Positions 38,966 through 52,949 of a stretch of DNA of 64,000 nt are shown here, piece by piece. The position numbers and the translations under genes are program-made. The notes below the pieces were generated by a model. It was given only the letters and a program-made list of their open reading frames with translations. It did not search any database and was not told where the DNA came from. The first letter of the stretch is position 1; each line of letters starts with the position of its first letter. The DNA is from Paramecium tetraurelia (taxonomy: Eukaryota): positions 1 through 64,000 of the forward strand of contig CT868669.1 of the NCBI GenBank assembly GCA_000165425.1, in the 5' to 3' direction.

Positions 38966-41771
38966 ATGTTATTAATTTTAATTCTTATATTAAATACATA
39001 TTGCAATTATCTAGGATAAGTAAGCTAAATAAGATCTGATTTGCTTAGGGTTTATTTGTTTCCTCATTCGCATGATGATGTTGGATGGATTAAAACAATG
39101 AATGAATATTACTATGATTACCATGGTGTCAAATAAATAATTAATTCATACATGGAAGAACTAATCAAAGATAAATCCAAGTATTTTTCATAAGTTGAAG
39201 TAGCATTTTTTAAAATGTAAATCTAAAATATAGAAATAGGTGGTGGAATGAATAGAATGATACAATGAAAGATAATGTGAAATAATTAATATTAAATGAA
39301 TAACTAGAATTTTTGAGTGGAGGATGGTGCATGAATGACGAAGCAACAACTTATTATGAAGATATTATTGACTAAATGACATTAGGACATAAGTTTCTTT
39401 TAGAAAATTTTAACTATATACCCACTATTGGATGGTAAATTGATACTTTTGGACATTCTAATACTCAAGCACTCTTTTCAAATATGATGGGTTTTAATGC
39501 TTGGTTTTTCGGAAGAATTGACCATGAAGATCGAATAAAAAGAGAAAAAAATAAAGAATTAGAGTTCGTTATTCATCCTGATTATGCACACTCTATTTTT
39601 ACGCATGTTAATTATTATGGGTATTATTCATCCCCGAAAGGATTCGATTTTGATATTTCCAATCCCAATAGAAATTATGTTTCTATTTAAAATGTGGAAT
39701 AAAAATCTGAAGGACTTGATTAATATTTTAAATAATAATATAAATCCTACAGAGGTAAAATATTAGCACATACTCTTGGTATGGACTTTGAATGGTCGAA
39801 TGCTTCTAGTTACTTTTAATAAATGGATCTGGTTATTAATTGGATTAATAATAATACAGAAAAATATAATATGATCATCGAATATGGAACTCCAAAACAA
39901 TATATCTAAGCTTTGAATTAGTAAAATATTTCATATCCTTTTCAAGAGGAAGACTTTCTTCCTTATTCTGATCATCCTTTTGAATATTGGTCTGGATTCT
40001 TCTCTAGCAGACCCGCTTTTAAGGGGTATGTAAAAAGAATGGGTCGTTATTTTTAGTAAGTGAAACGCTTTTATTCATTAGTTAAAATGAATAATATTAG
40101 TCAAAGTATTTTTGATGAAACCAAGCTATTTAAAGATTATATCTGAAAGCATATTGGGTACAGCCCTATACATCTATGATGCGTATCACAGGGAACTGCG
40201 AAAATATATATGTGTAATGAATGCATTACTTTGAAATTGAATTCATTTAAGCACAATTGAAAAAATGGGAAAATCAAAGTAAGTTCATTTTCTTGAATCA
40301 TTTTATCAAAATACTTCAGGCATAACACATGTTTAATGTTATTTTAATGAATCAAATTCATGTGATTCCTTATTTGATCCTCTTAGTCAAAACGAAACTA
40401 TTATTGTAACAATTATTGATATAAAAATAAATAATGATGGCTAAAATGATTATTTGAAAATGCTGATTCCCACAAATTTAAACATAAAAATTGTGGATGA
40501 ATATGAAAATTCCATTTATGGAGAAATTATTTGTATAAATAAGAGATGCACTCTATACTTACCTAGAAAAGTAAATAATGAAAAATTGTTACATTATATT
40601 CGAATAATGGTTGATTTTGACAATGATACAAAAATTATGAAATTAGAACCAAAAGTTATTGAAATTTAAAAGAATACAAAAATATTTGATAAATTTCACC
40701 TATATTATAAAGTTTATTTATCAAAATAGTCAAGTTTAAGTAGTGGAGCATATATATTTAGACCTAATTTGAATGCCTCTGATTATGGTGATTTTCTCTA
40801 AGCAATTGAATTTTCTGGTCAAATAATCTAATAAATATATTTGGAAAAAACAACACTAAAAGTCTGGATTACAAGATTTGAAAATCAAGATCTATTTTCT
40901 ATTGACACATTTTTAGATTCCATAGATATTTCTGATTAATTTGGTAAAGAAATCATATTGTAAATTCAAACTGATATTTCAAATGATGGTATATTTTATA
41001 CTGATAGCAATGGATTCAAATTTTAAAAACGAAGGATAAATCACAGGGATTCATGGAACATAAAAATGAAAGAGTAAATAGCTGGTAATTATTTTCCTGT
41101 CAACGGTGCTATTATGATCATGAATAGTGATGGAAATTCTGCTTGTGCAGTACTAAATGACAGAGCTTAAGGAGGATCAAGTTTAGACTAAGGAGTTATT
41201 GAATTAATGCTGTAGAGAAGATTAGTACGTGATGATAACAAAGGACTGTTTGAAGTTTTGGATGAATAAGAAATAGATAAGGGTTAAAAAGTAGGTATTA
41301 GATAAATGATATCACATACAATCATTTTCTATAATCATCAATAACAACCAAATCTATTAAGAGAACATCAATATAAATAAGATTTATAACCCTTACTCTA
41401 TTTTTCAACATAACCTTTTATACAATATTCTTCTCTATTGGATTTATTTTAAGGATTTTTAATCAAACAGTCCGATAAAAATTTGAGCAAATTATACATA
41501 GAGCCTTGGTTATAAAATAATTAGTATTTAGTAAGAGTTCACAACATGAAGGAAGAGGGCATTTAAAAACTAAATTTCCTTAAAGGATTATCATTCTTAG
41601 AAACAACTTTGACTGGCAATTAAGATTTAAAGATGTGGGAGCTTAATCGATTAAGTAGATGATTTTTTTAATTTAGAATGGAGCGATAGTTATCCAAAAA
41701 AACAAAATTATTAATATAAGGATGACGAAGTTGGTCCAATGAAGATAAGAACGTGGATTGTAACTATTTGA
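38966..41771 (+). CDS. Lysosomal-type alpha-mannosidase, glycoside hydrolase family 38
   Basis: Signal peptide, then PHSHDDVGWIKT, FLSGGWCMNDEA, TLGHKFL, GWQIDTFGHS, DFFPYSD..YWSGFFSSRP, FYTDSNG, AGNYFPV, DRAQGGSSL and ELMLQRRL..DDNKG. Introns near 39217 and 41655. Garbled segment at about 40125-40260. Confidence 0.93.
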
Positions 41772-42233
41772 AGAAAGTATAATCTTTACATTATGTCATG
41801 AGTTTCTAACCCCCACATTTTTCTATCATTTTAAAGTTATAATTAAAAATAGGTTTCTATTTCAAATTTTAATATATACATAATAATGTAATTGGGTAAT
41901 TTATTAAGTTATATTATAAATTTTTTAACTTCATCCTCATCACTTTATCCTTCAATACTTTAAATAAGATTGTGCCAAATTTCAACTCATTTAAAAACTC
42001 TATAGAATTAATATTTATTGAATTAAAAATTTTGATTTATATAAACCTATGATTTAATTTAATAGGAAGTTATAAAAAAAATAAAGAAGGAGTAATGGAA
42101 GAATTTAAGCATATGTTTTCTCATCTAATTAATTTTTTTTTGGTTTGTTTAAATTTGATGACATTTTTTAGAATTTTCTTAAGTTTAGAATTATGTCCAC
42201 AAAATTCATAATTTATTTTAGAAATAATTAAAT

Positions 42234-45200
42234 ATGAAAATAGTCCTTATTCTGTCCTTTTTTCTTAAAACTGTATTAACTGATTATGTGTATATTTTAA
42301 GTCCTGATAAACCATACCTTCTAACAGAATTTTCAATTTAAGAAGCAATTAAAAGTGAAGGAGTAGTATATAAGCAAAGCTCTTGGTTTTAATACCTTCC
42401 CTTAACGACTACAATTTATTCTACATCTGCAGGGATTTTAATTAGCAATTGCTATCATTTATTTAGTTCGGTAGGGAAAGAATCAAAAAGTTTAAACTTT
42501 TTACATTACGATTGTATAGATCTTGAATAAAAGTCAATCACAAAATTTATCAAATTTATAGGCAGCGATAATTAACAATACAGTTATGAATTCGATATAA
42601 ATGTTTTTGAATATGAAAATTAGTGGTACTATTTTCAATTCATAATATATCCCTATAACAATAGATTTTAAATCATAATAATAAAAAATGAAAAAGTAAT
42701 CAAAAATGAAATTTTCCATCTATTAAAATTTAAACATATATAAATAATTTAAAACATTCCACCTCATTTCCTACTAGTACATTAAAAATTTCTAATTATT
42801 CATTTTCCTCTTATATTTCATTATTTTAAACCAACTTTTATCAACCTTTATCCTCTTTTTTCCATTACTCTATTTCTATTTATTTAAATTTATTTACCAA
42901 CCAATNNNNNNNNNNNNNNNNNNNNNNNNNNNNNNNNNNNNNNNNNNNNNNNNNNNNNNNNNNNNNNNNNNNNNNNNNNNNNNNNNNNNNNNNNNNNNNN
43001 NNNNNNNNNNNNNNNNNNNNNNNNNNNNNNNNNNNNNNNNNNNNNNNNNNNNNNNCTAAAAAAGCATGTAACTGTTAAAGGAATCCAGTAAGTAATTTAA
43101 TGGATTAGGATTATTTTTATCTCTATCAATCAATATATACCTCAAAATTTTAGAACTGCAATTAATTTTTATTTGCGGGATGGTTTAAGATTAAAGAAAT
43201 AATTCAAAGCGATTAAGAAATGACATTTTAATTTATTAAATTGACTTCAAATATGTAGAATAATTAATTGTAAAATTAAAATCTCTCTCCTTTATAATTA
43301 TTTTACAAACTTTAATAAAATCTCAATAAAATAATTATTACAACTTATAGTTATACAATTCCATCAGTTAGCTTAGATTTTACAAACGATCCTTTTTTAA
43401 TAATCACAGAATTCCAGATTTCGAACAATATATAATTATGGCATCTACTGTATGTAAAGATGATAGAAGATACTTTGGATATTAGTATCAATTTTTTTGA
43501 GAATCGGTAAGCTTATGAGTACAAGACACAAATAATAGTTAAGCAATTTCATTAAATATACTTCAAGCTGTTTTTAGGAAATTTATAAGAATCAACTACT
43601 AATTATTTAAATATAATGGGTAGGAATATCTATTTTTTTAATTGCAATCAAAATTTCTAAATACAAAACTGCCATCTAAGTTGTGGTGAATGTGATGGTC
43701 CTACTAATCAAGATTGTTTATCTTGTTCCTTAGAATCAAAAAGAGTATATTTTCCATAATTTAAATAATGTTTATGTCCTTATAATACTATTGATTACAA
43801 TGATGAATGTTTAAGTTATTCAGAATTAGGCTTTTAGGTAATTTCAAATGAAGAATAAAATGAAGGATGTTTATATGGACAATTCGAACTTAATGGCTCT
43901 TGTTATTAATGGTAATTTTGATTAATTATAATACAAGTCCAGGTTAAATAAATTCACAAGCAATAACTTGTTTAGAATGCGTTTTGAATCCAAAAGATTG
44001 GTTCAGTGATCCATAGTGTGCGACATATATATACCTAAATCAGGATGGAAGTACATCTGAAATCAAGGAATCATTTCTGTAAATTGAACCCAAGTATTTT
44101 TTCACTTTTAATGGTGAAGATCTTGAATTATGCTTGGAATGTGAATAATCTAGCTTAACAAATTTAGAGAATATAGATTAAAATATGGCTGCAAAATAGC
44201 AATCATTTAAATCATTATGCACTTCTGAAAGATCATAGTAGCAATGTTATAAATGCAGCTTTTCTAATTGCAAGAAATGTGGTTAATTAATAACAGAATA
44301 AGTTTGTTTTATATGTGAAGAATACTATGAATTAGTAGATGGTCACTGTAACATCTGGACTATAGGTGTATTGAAAGAAAACAATAATTGTTTATCGCCT
44401 TATTATATTTCTTCCACAAAAGAATGTAAAAAATGCTCTATTGATCATTGCATATATTGTTTCGAATACGTTTTAGATAACTTGGAACTAACAACCCTTT
44501 ACAGGAAGTTCAAATTGTTCAATGGAGATGATAATATTTAAGTGGGATGTGCGATGTGTTAAGATGGATATATTTTTGATTTTAGAGTAGGATTATGTCT
44601 AAAATAAACTCCAAATATTGAATTTTGTCTTAGAAGTTACATTAGTGAAGAGGGAACAGAAAAATGTACTTTATCCTCAAAATAAGATTTCTCAGTAGCG
44701 AGAGAAATAGTTAATTGTGAAAAATTTATCTCTAACTGCATCTAATGTTTTCTTACTATGCAATCAATTTTAAGATGCATTATATGCAAAGAAGGTTACA
44801 CATCTTCAACCTCTGAAGTCAATGGTTAATGTACCTTAAGCAAATTACCTTATTAAGTAATAAGCATAGAAGGGAATTCGGTTGATAAGGATGTGTGGGT
44901 GGAAAGGATTTAGAGTTTTATGGGATCATATTTACCTAATTCATATTTTTATCCATTTCCAGTATCAACATATTTAAATACTGAAATTCCAATCTAATGC
45001 AAGGAAGGATATTCTATAATTAAATTCAGTTTTTGCTCTCAATATTGCGATTCAAATTGTTAAGAGTGCTAACTGCCTAAATACTGGAGTAAATTTTCTT
45101 GTAATAAATGTCCATTAAATTATTTTAAGCAGAATCAACGAGTGTAAATTAATGGAATATGTTAAACATGCTCTCTTCTTTGTTCCTTCTGTTAATCTAG

Positions 45201-48200
45201 AAATATTACTGAAATTACTGTAATTTATTTATCAATTGTATTTAGTAAGCTTCCCCCTATTTTATTTCCACATAGGATAATGAAGTATTTACAAAAAAAT
45301 GTTACTTACCTGCTTAAGATCCCAATATTAAAATTTAACCTAAATAATTAAGTCCTCAATATTGTTTGGATAAGAGTTGCAAGAATAATTTCTTGTATTA
45401 ATACTACGCTATATCTTGCGTTTAAAGGTGGTTTCTCACCGAAAATGTATTAAATTAAGCCAATATAAAATACTTAAACTAAGTTGGTGTTCAAAAATTT
45501 ATTATTCAACTAGATCTTCCTAACACTAAATTTGACTGCAATATTGGATTTGATATAGATGCCTAATTTCTTAGATAACAATTATTTTCTTTATAAGAAA
45601 CTAAACTCATTATTAATAACAATAATGGATATTTTAACCTGGGATTTGGAAATCTCTATTATTTTCTAAATTTTGATATGTTTGAGATTTTTAACTCAAC
45701 TATGGATTTTACTGACTTTTCATTAAACTTTGGAGATACTAAGTTGAAGCTTAAAATGAAGGATATTTTATTTATTGGAAGCAATATAGATTAAAGTTCT
45801 CTGTTTCTTAATTCAAATTAATTTAGTGAGGTAGAGTTAGTAAACATTACAATTAGGAATGTAGTGTTTTCTTCATATTCATTTATCCACTTAGATTCCT
45901 TATAGTTTAGTAGTTAATTACGCATTCAAAGGCTATTAATCTAAAATTCAACATTTGTTAACTCCAATTTATTTTTGATGATAAACACGTAATTGTCTAT
46001 TCAAATTTAAGAACCACAAATTGAAAACTGCACTCTAATTAATTCATCAATCATTAATTTATAATCGAATCTATTCTTCATTAAATATCAACAGTAGTTA
46101 TCAAGAATTGTCTATTAAAATACTAATCCTACTTATTATATTTTTTTGGGTTAGCCAAGCTGGAAATTGCAAACCTCTCTGTTTATGGGAATTCTTTATA
46201 AAATTCTACTTTTTTTATGAAAAATTATAATACTTCAATAATTGATGCCATAATTGTGGAAAACACCTTAAGCCAGTCAAGTTTAGTAATTATAAATGGA
46301 AAAAATGTTCCAGGTTATGTTTTATTTAGTATGGATTAACTTAAAATTGAAAACTTAATTTCAGAAAATTCAAACTTATTTCAAATATCGACCAACGCAC
46401 TTTTTTTTAATTTGATTATTGAAATGACCAATTTAGCTATTTCTAATCTTTAAAGACAAGATAATCTCAATTATTAGAACTTTATATTTTACATCAGACA
46501 TTGTTTTCACTGTCATGTAAATTAAATTGAAATTAAAAATATCAACAATATTACAACGTTCTTTTTTCTTGAAAGCAATATCATTTTAATAGAAAATTTT
46601 AAATTTTACTAAGATGTTAAAAAGAATTAAGTACATTATTCCTAATTATGTAGATAATATTAGCTTTTATAAAAATAACTTATCTATATACAAGGGTTTA
46701 GTTAATTTAAATTATAGAATGGGGAAATAATTGACTCGTAATTAATCGATTCAAAAGTAATTGAAATTACATCAACTTTGTAAGATTAAATTAATAGTAA
46801 AGAAACTATTGAAATAAAAGATATATTTTTTAAAAGGAATATCATATAATAGAATTAATAGAGCATGCTATCGTTATTAGGAATATACTCAGAAAACAAG
46901 TAGTTAATAATCATCTAAAATTTGTCATTTGTTAACAATTTCTTCCATTAATATGAAGATGACCCAAATGAAAATTCGGCTGGTTTAATTAACATTCATT
47001 CTACTTAAGGTGAATTATAGTTATCGAATATATTTTGTCAGGAAAATGCTATTACAAACTCATCAACTTCCTTTATCTATATTATTTCAAAGTCCATCAG
47101 CCTTAAAAACTATATAATTAATAATCATAATATAATCAATTAATAATTATGGAGTGAATTCTACAAACTAGAGCTTGATCAGTAATATAATCAAGATCAA
47201 ATTAACCAAATCATATCATAGATTTATCCAATAAATGTTAAAGGTGGTGCTGCTAAAATAATTACTGAGCAATTAGTGTGTACAAATTCAACTTTTCAAA
47301 ATATTATGGCTCAAACTAGCTCAATCTTTGAAATTCGAACATTAGGTTTAGGTGTTGTCAAATTTAACAACATTTCTAGTAATCTAATATTTAATATTAA
47401 AAGAGACAGCAATGATAATTCTGGTTGTATTAACATTAATTCTTAAAACAGTAATCTAGATTTAGAATTAATCAATTCAAGCTTTAGAAATGTATAGAAT
47501 GGAATGAGCACAGTAATATTAACTGTTAAACCATCACAAAGAAAAACCATTATATAACTTCGGCAAATATAAATTATAAATTGTTTTTCATTCTTAAACT
47601 AAATCTTTTAAATAGAATTTTCAACTTACAACAATTAAAAATTAAATTAATTATCAATTATAAACATGACTGTTATCTTTGATGAAGAAGAATGGATTAT
47701 TTATTTATCAAAATTTTAAGAGCTAAGTCAAACTGATATTGCATAAATTACTGATGATAATTCAATATTTAATATAGTTGGAGGTTAGATTTAAATCGAT
47801 CATTTTTTTATACAAGGTATTATCATATCACCAATTTTTAAAATACTAAACGCCTTGAAATTAAAAATAAGGTATTGTTATATAAATGATCTGTAATCCT
47901 TCTATCCTTAATAACTTATTATTATAAATTAATAATCAAATTCTACGGTTTTAATGGAAAAAATAGAAATTTAAAGATATTCAATCTACCAATTAAACAT
48001 GGAATAATATTAAATTTAAAAGTCCCCGTTGTTTAGAGTCGTAGGATGTTAGCTCTAATAATTGTCTTAATTAACTTATTTAAATTCTAAAGTAATTATA
48101 AATGAAAACATTAAATAATTGACAAAGTCAACCTAAAAAATGAGTTATTCGCTTATTAAAGTTGTAAGCTCAAATAGTTAATCGAAATTAATATTTAATT

Positions 48201-51038
48201 AAGTGAAAGTACATTAAAACAATTGTTTAAATTGCACTTAGGGAGTGTTTTATTTTAGTCTTTCTGACTTTAAGCTTGTTAGAATTGATGAGTTTTAGTG
48301 TTATCAAAATGAAGTTCAAGAATATGGATGCTTATATCTAAAAGCAGATAAATAGAATAGTAGTTAATTGGCAGTGATATAGAATTCTGTATTCATTAGA
48401 AACAACGGAAGTTAAGGGAGTGGAATATAGGTTGAGAATATTAAGCTTGTAATAAGATATTGTAAAATACTTGAAAATTATGCACTCAAAACAGGAGGAG
48501 GAATGCAATTAGATATCAATGACAACGAATTCCATATTTAATAATCCATCTTCATGTTGAATAAGGCTAAAGCTGGAGGTGGTAACTTTTTACAATAATA
48601 AAATAATTTAAATGCAGAAAATTTTTTAAATTCTTTTTTGCTTTTTAATTATGCAGAAGTATATGCAAATAATCTAGTTGAAGCTCCAACCCATTTAAGT
48701 ATTTAAATTAATCAAATGGAAATCCCATCAGTATAATAATATTTAGGAGATAAACCCATTTCAGCTTCAGTAATAAAACCGTATAATATTGTTGAATAAG
48801 GTTCAGTATTAAGGGCCAAACAGCTAATGATTCCTAGCGATTAGTAGATCAAGAATTATAAGATCTACATTCCAAAATTCTCAATATTTAGGAGCTATAT
48901 TTAAATAATATCTATACATTTTAACAATCGATTTAATGAAAAAATGGAGAATTTATATAATTCTTCTTGCTTAATAGAGGCAACAATAACATTTGAAAAC
49001 AAAAGCGTAGCCTCTAATGAGAGAACAGTCTAAAGCCTTTTTTATGATAATGATGTTAAAGTTATTGATTTAAGTTCACTCTCCTTCAAGTTTGATCCTT
49101 ATTTTCAAGATAATAAAATTTTATCAATTTAATTAAATTGTAAGGCTGATAATGACGAATAACCATTGCAATACATCATTTATGCTAAAACATTAAAATG
49201 TTAATAAGGAGAATTTTATGTTGATAAGGGTTGTTAGGTTTGCTAATCTAGTTAAGGATTTTACTCTGTAACATACAATGCTACTAAATGTTCAATTTTT
49301 GACAAAGAAAAATTTGAAAATATTACATCAAATAAAATCAATCTTTTGGAGGGATTTTGGAGACCTAATTATCTTTCTGATTAAGCAGAAAAATGTATAA
49401 AAACAATAAGTTTTGTACTGGTGGTTGGGATGTTGGAAATAATCTATGTCTTGAAGGTCATTTAGGAGGCTTATGTGAAGAATGTGATAATTTTGATGTT
49501 AGAGGAGATGGGATGTTTTATAGAAACTTATAGAATGCTCAATGTTTTGGATGTTAAAGAATGTAAGACAGTATTATACCATTTTTATTAACTTCCATAT
49601 GGTAAAAATATATATATATTTTTGTAGGGCTATAATCTCTATTTTAATAACTTTAAGAAGTATTGAAAAATCAAATAGGTTATTCTCATCCCTAAAAATT
49701 AGATAAAGATTTAGTAAAATTATTTTTAAGTTAGATTAAGGTAATTTATACTAATTATTAAAGATCATGAAAGTATTCTTATCAAAATGTTGTTGAACTA
49801 CTTGTGGATATTTTCGGTAATATTCACTTTCAACACTAATTTTTCATTTTCGTTAAATTTTATTGAATTGACAAGCAATTCTTCATATTTTATGGCGAAT
49901 AATTTAGATTGCTATCTATCTTCAATGCAAAACGTTGAGATTATCTATATCAGAATTATCACCATGTTGATTTTGATAGCCATCCAACTATTAATTATTT
50001 GGATTGGGTTTAGTTGTTATTCTTTATGTAAAAATTGGATTTTTAACAAAAGTATTATTTCAAATACAGTGTTATATTTATATGTATCAAATTATGCTGC
50101 CTTAGTCAAATAGTAAATTATTTAATAATCATAGATTTTGTTCAATCATTTCAAAAAGAGACATTTCAAATATTTCCTATGTTTAAGGAGACGTTTCCCT
50201 TATTTATGGAACCGAAACTCATATATAATGGATGATGATGTTTGCAATTCCAGGTCTCGGAGTTATTGGGATCTTAATTCCCTTTTCTCTATTTTTTTTA
50301 ATGTATGTTAATAGGGATCAATTAGATTAAATTAAGTTAAGAAGGCATATTTGTTATCTATTTAACGAATATAATTCAGAAAGCTATTATTGGGAATAAA
50401 TTAAACTATCAAAAAAAATAATCATCATCATTATCTTGACATATTTTGAAAATAATGTATTATTAACAGCCTCTCTGCTTGGGTTATGCTTGCTTTTCTA
50501 CTAACTCTTAGCAGTAAAATAGAAGCCATATATTATTCAAAGTTTGAACTTTTTAGACATACAAACTGGATAAATTTGTTCGATCTCCATATTTATTAGC
50601 GCAGCAAAATATGTATCAGAAAAGGAAAATGTTACGCCCTTATCAGTTCTACTTCAAATTTTTATAATTATTCTATGCATCAGATTATGTTATCCATTTA
50701 TTATCAATATTTTTAGAGTCTATTTTAAGAAATACAAACTAGCTTCAATAGATTTATTACACAGTATACTTAGATCAATAAAATCAGATTTTTTTCTTAC
50801 TAGATATTTGAATAATCAATTAAGAAAGTTAAATTATCAAGAGCAGCGTCGAAGAGCTAATTTTTCTAAATTAAGATGCCATTTAATATAAATATCAAAG
50901 CTTTAAATAGGACATCAAAAGTACTGATTATTAATAAGTAGGCATATGATTACTATGATGACCTCATAATCAACAGTGAGATATCGTTAAACTGTAACAA
51001 TAACCGATGCAGATATGAATAAACTGGTAAGTCCTTGA
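42234..51038 (+). CDS. Giant transmembrane protein, paralog family of the 19597-29267 gene (LamG-like, Cys-rich, beta-helix, multi-TM)
   Basis: Starts MKIVLILSFFLKTVLT. Contains CHLSCGECDGPTNQDCLSC, GGAAK, GGGMQLD, GGGNFL, CLEGHLGGLCEECD, NLDCYL and CYLFNEY..YYWEQIK. Ends NKLVSP-TGA. One N gap and apparent -1 frameshifts near 46083 and 49400. Confidence 0.85.
42906..43055. other. Assembly gap (150 N)
   Basis: Run of N; the pyrimidine-rich left flank (about 42750-42905) looks like a low-quality read tail. Confidence 0.99.
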
Positions 51039-52251
51039 ACTGGGAGGATAATTCTTTTCAGAATGAATTTATAAAATATAATTATCAATTTAATTTGATA
51101 AAAAAAAATAATTTCAAAAAGTAATCATTAGTTTCATTATTTGTTTTACAAAAATTTTAAATTGAGATCCTCCTTTTCAATCTTCTATAATTTATCAAAT
51201 ATTAATAAACAATTTGATAATGCTGAGTATTTAAACATACTGTATAAATATCATCGATTTTATAATTTCTTTCATAATATTTCACAACTTATTTCATCAA
51301 TTTTTAATAATCATTAGAAGTATTATCAAATTAATAATTAAGTCTTACATTGTAAAATTTAGCAAGCAAATTTTTATTATATAAAAATGCAAATTATTTT
51401 ATTTGCAATTCATCCAATTACATATCACTTATTCTAATAAAACGATTTCCGATTGAATCAATTGAATTATAGAATTCTGAATTTTTCTGGTTTATTTGAG
51501 CAAATTTGGGTAAATTAAAACAATAATCTATTTTGGGTTTTAACTATTTCCTTACCATAAAACTAAACTATATCCAAAATTATTTCAGTGCTATTTTTCG
51601 AAATTCTAAGAAATATCATTTTACTAATATTCCCGAAGAACACAAACCAACTTTTATTATGATTTTTCATTATTTAACTCTTAACTACCTGTAGGTAGTT
51701 GAATATCATTTGATGATAACATTGCATGATTAAATTTAAAGTAATATTGATATATATTTAGGTAAAGTAATTAAGATAATTGATAATAATATAATGAGCA
51801 GAATTCTTAAAATTCATTATAAATATTTTGGTATAATGTTTTAGGAAATTATTTTAGAAATTTTAAAATAAAAAATCAAATAATGTAAAAATGTTTGTAA
51901 AGATATATTCTTTAGGATTAATCTTATTAAAATTATATTTGAATTACAACTTTTATGCATTCACTTATTAGGATTATGTCTGTCTAATAATCCGAAATCT
52001 GCAATTATTGATAAGGAATTCTATCTGAATGTAGGATGTAAGTATTTTTAGATTAATGAATTTTAAATAATTATGTAAGTTTGAATTATTTATAATTAAT
52101 AGAAAGTAATAATTTTAGATTGCCATGATAAATAGTAAATTAGGAGGATAAAGTATTGGAACTAGCAAGAAGCAAAACTGAAAACGAAGTATATATAGTG
52201 TTAAGAAATAATTGTTTACTTAAGAATAATGAAAGTAAACCATAAGAGTTA

Positions 52252-52735
52252 TCAATCCAAAATTTTAAATTCGGTTTTTCCAAGTGAAATTTTGCATTAG
52301 GGGCACGAGTGTAAAGCATCCTTGCAGTCGTCAATTATGCAAGGAAGACAAGAAACACAAACCAGACCAAATGAACACAACAAAAGTAAACAAGAAGCAA
52401 CGTAGGTTTGAGACCCAGGTTTGCGCACAACAACAGTATCAACCTTAATTACTGGCTTTATTTACCTTTTTCTTACATTATGGACATTAAACTTTTACCG
52501 ATTTAACATGGCCATCTCCACTAACTTAAGTTGATGAAACCAATTTTATTTATTCTAAAGTGAAAGGTGTTAGCTTATTTTTTTGAGGTTCGATTGCTTG
52601 ATTAGGTATCATGATTTAGTTCTAGCTTCTATCATCTGTTTATTAAATTTTATATTAGTCTGCGTGACTTTAGATGTGAATGAAGATCTCATCCCCATCG
52701 CTTTGTTACATTTTCTTATTTTCTTCTGTGTTCAT
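52252..52735 (-). CDS. LITAF-domain (zinc-binding CxxC...HxCxxC) protein, 153 aa
   Basis: Reads VQCPQCKKKVDTVVVRKPGSQTYVASCLLLLCSFGLVCVSCLPCIIDDCKDALHSCPQCKISLG. One 22-nt intron at 52444-52465. Confidence 0.92.
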
Positions 52736-52949
52736 AATAATTAAATACTATAAATTATGAGTTTAATTAATCTGCCTGGGAAATTAACAATGTTTTTTTT
52801 ATTATTTCAGAGAGAAAATAGATTTAGAGTTTTGAAAATTGATGATTTTGAAATTATATGTATATATGAAAGAACTTTTCATATTTATATATGAAAAACG
52901 TTGTTTTAATTTTAAGTAATAAAATATATTTGAAAATAAATAAAAAATA

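Noticed and set aside
39020..39048. Intron-like gtaagc...ttag at the 5' end of the mannosidase gene
   Set aside because: The unspliced frame already leads into PHSHDDVGW. Removing 29 nt breaks the frame.
9157..51038. Retained IESs (TA-bounded insertions) as the cause of the frame breaks
   Set aside because: The breaks I examined are single-base indels, and the longer insertions all have GT-AG intron ends. I found no TA-bounded insertion of 26 bp or more, though I did not check every codon.
51790..52250. Possible small plus-strand gene upstream of the LITAF 3' end
   Set aside because: No consistent exon structure or recognisable motif; at most a remnant.
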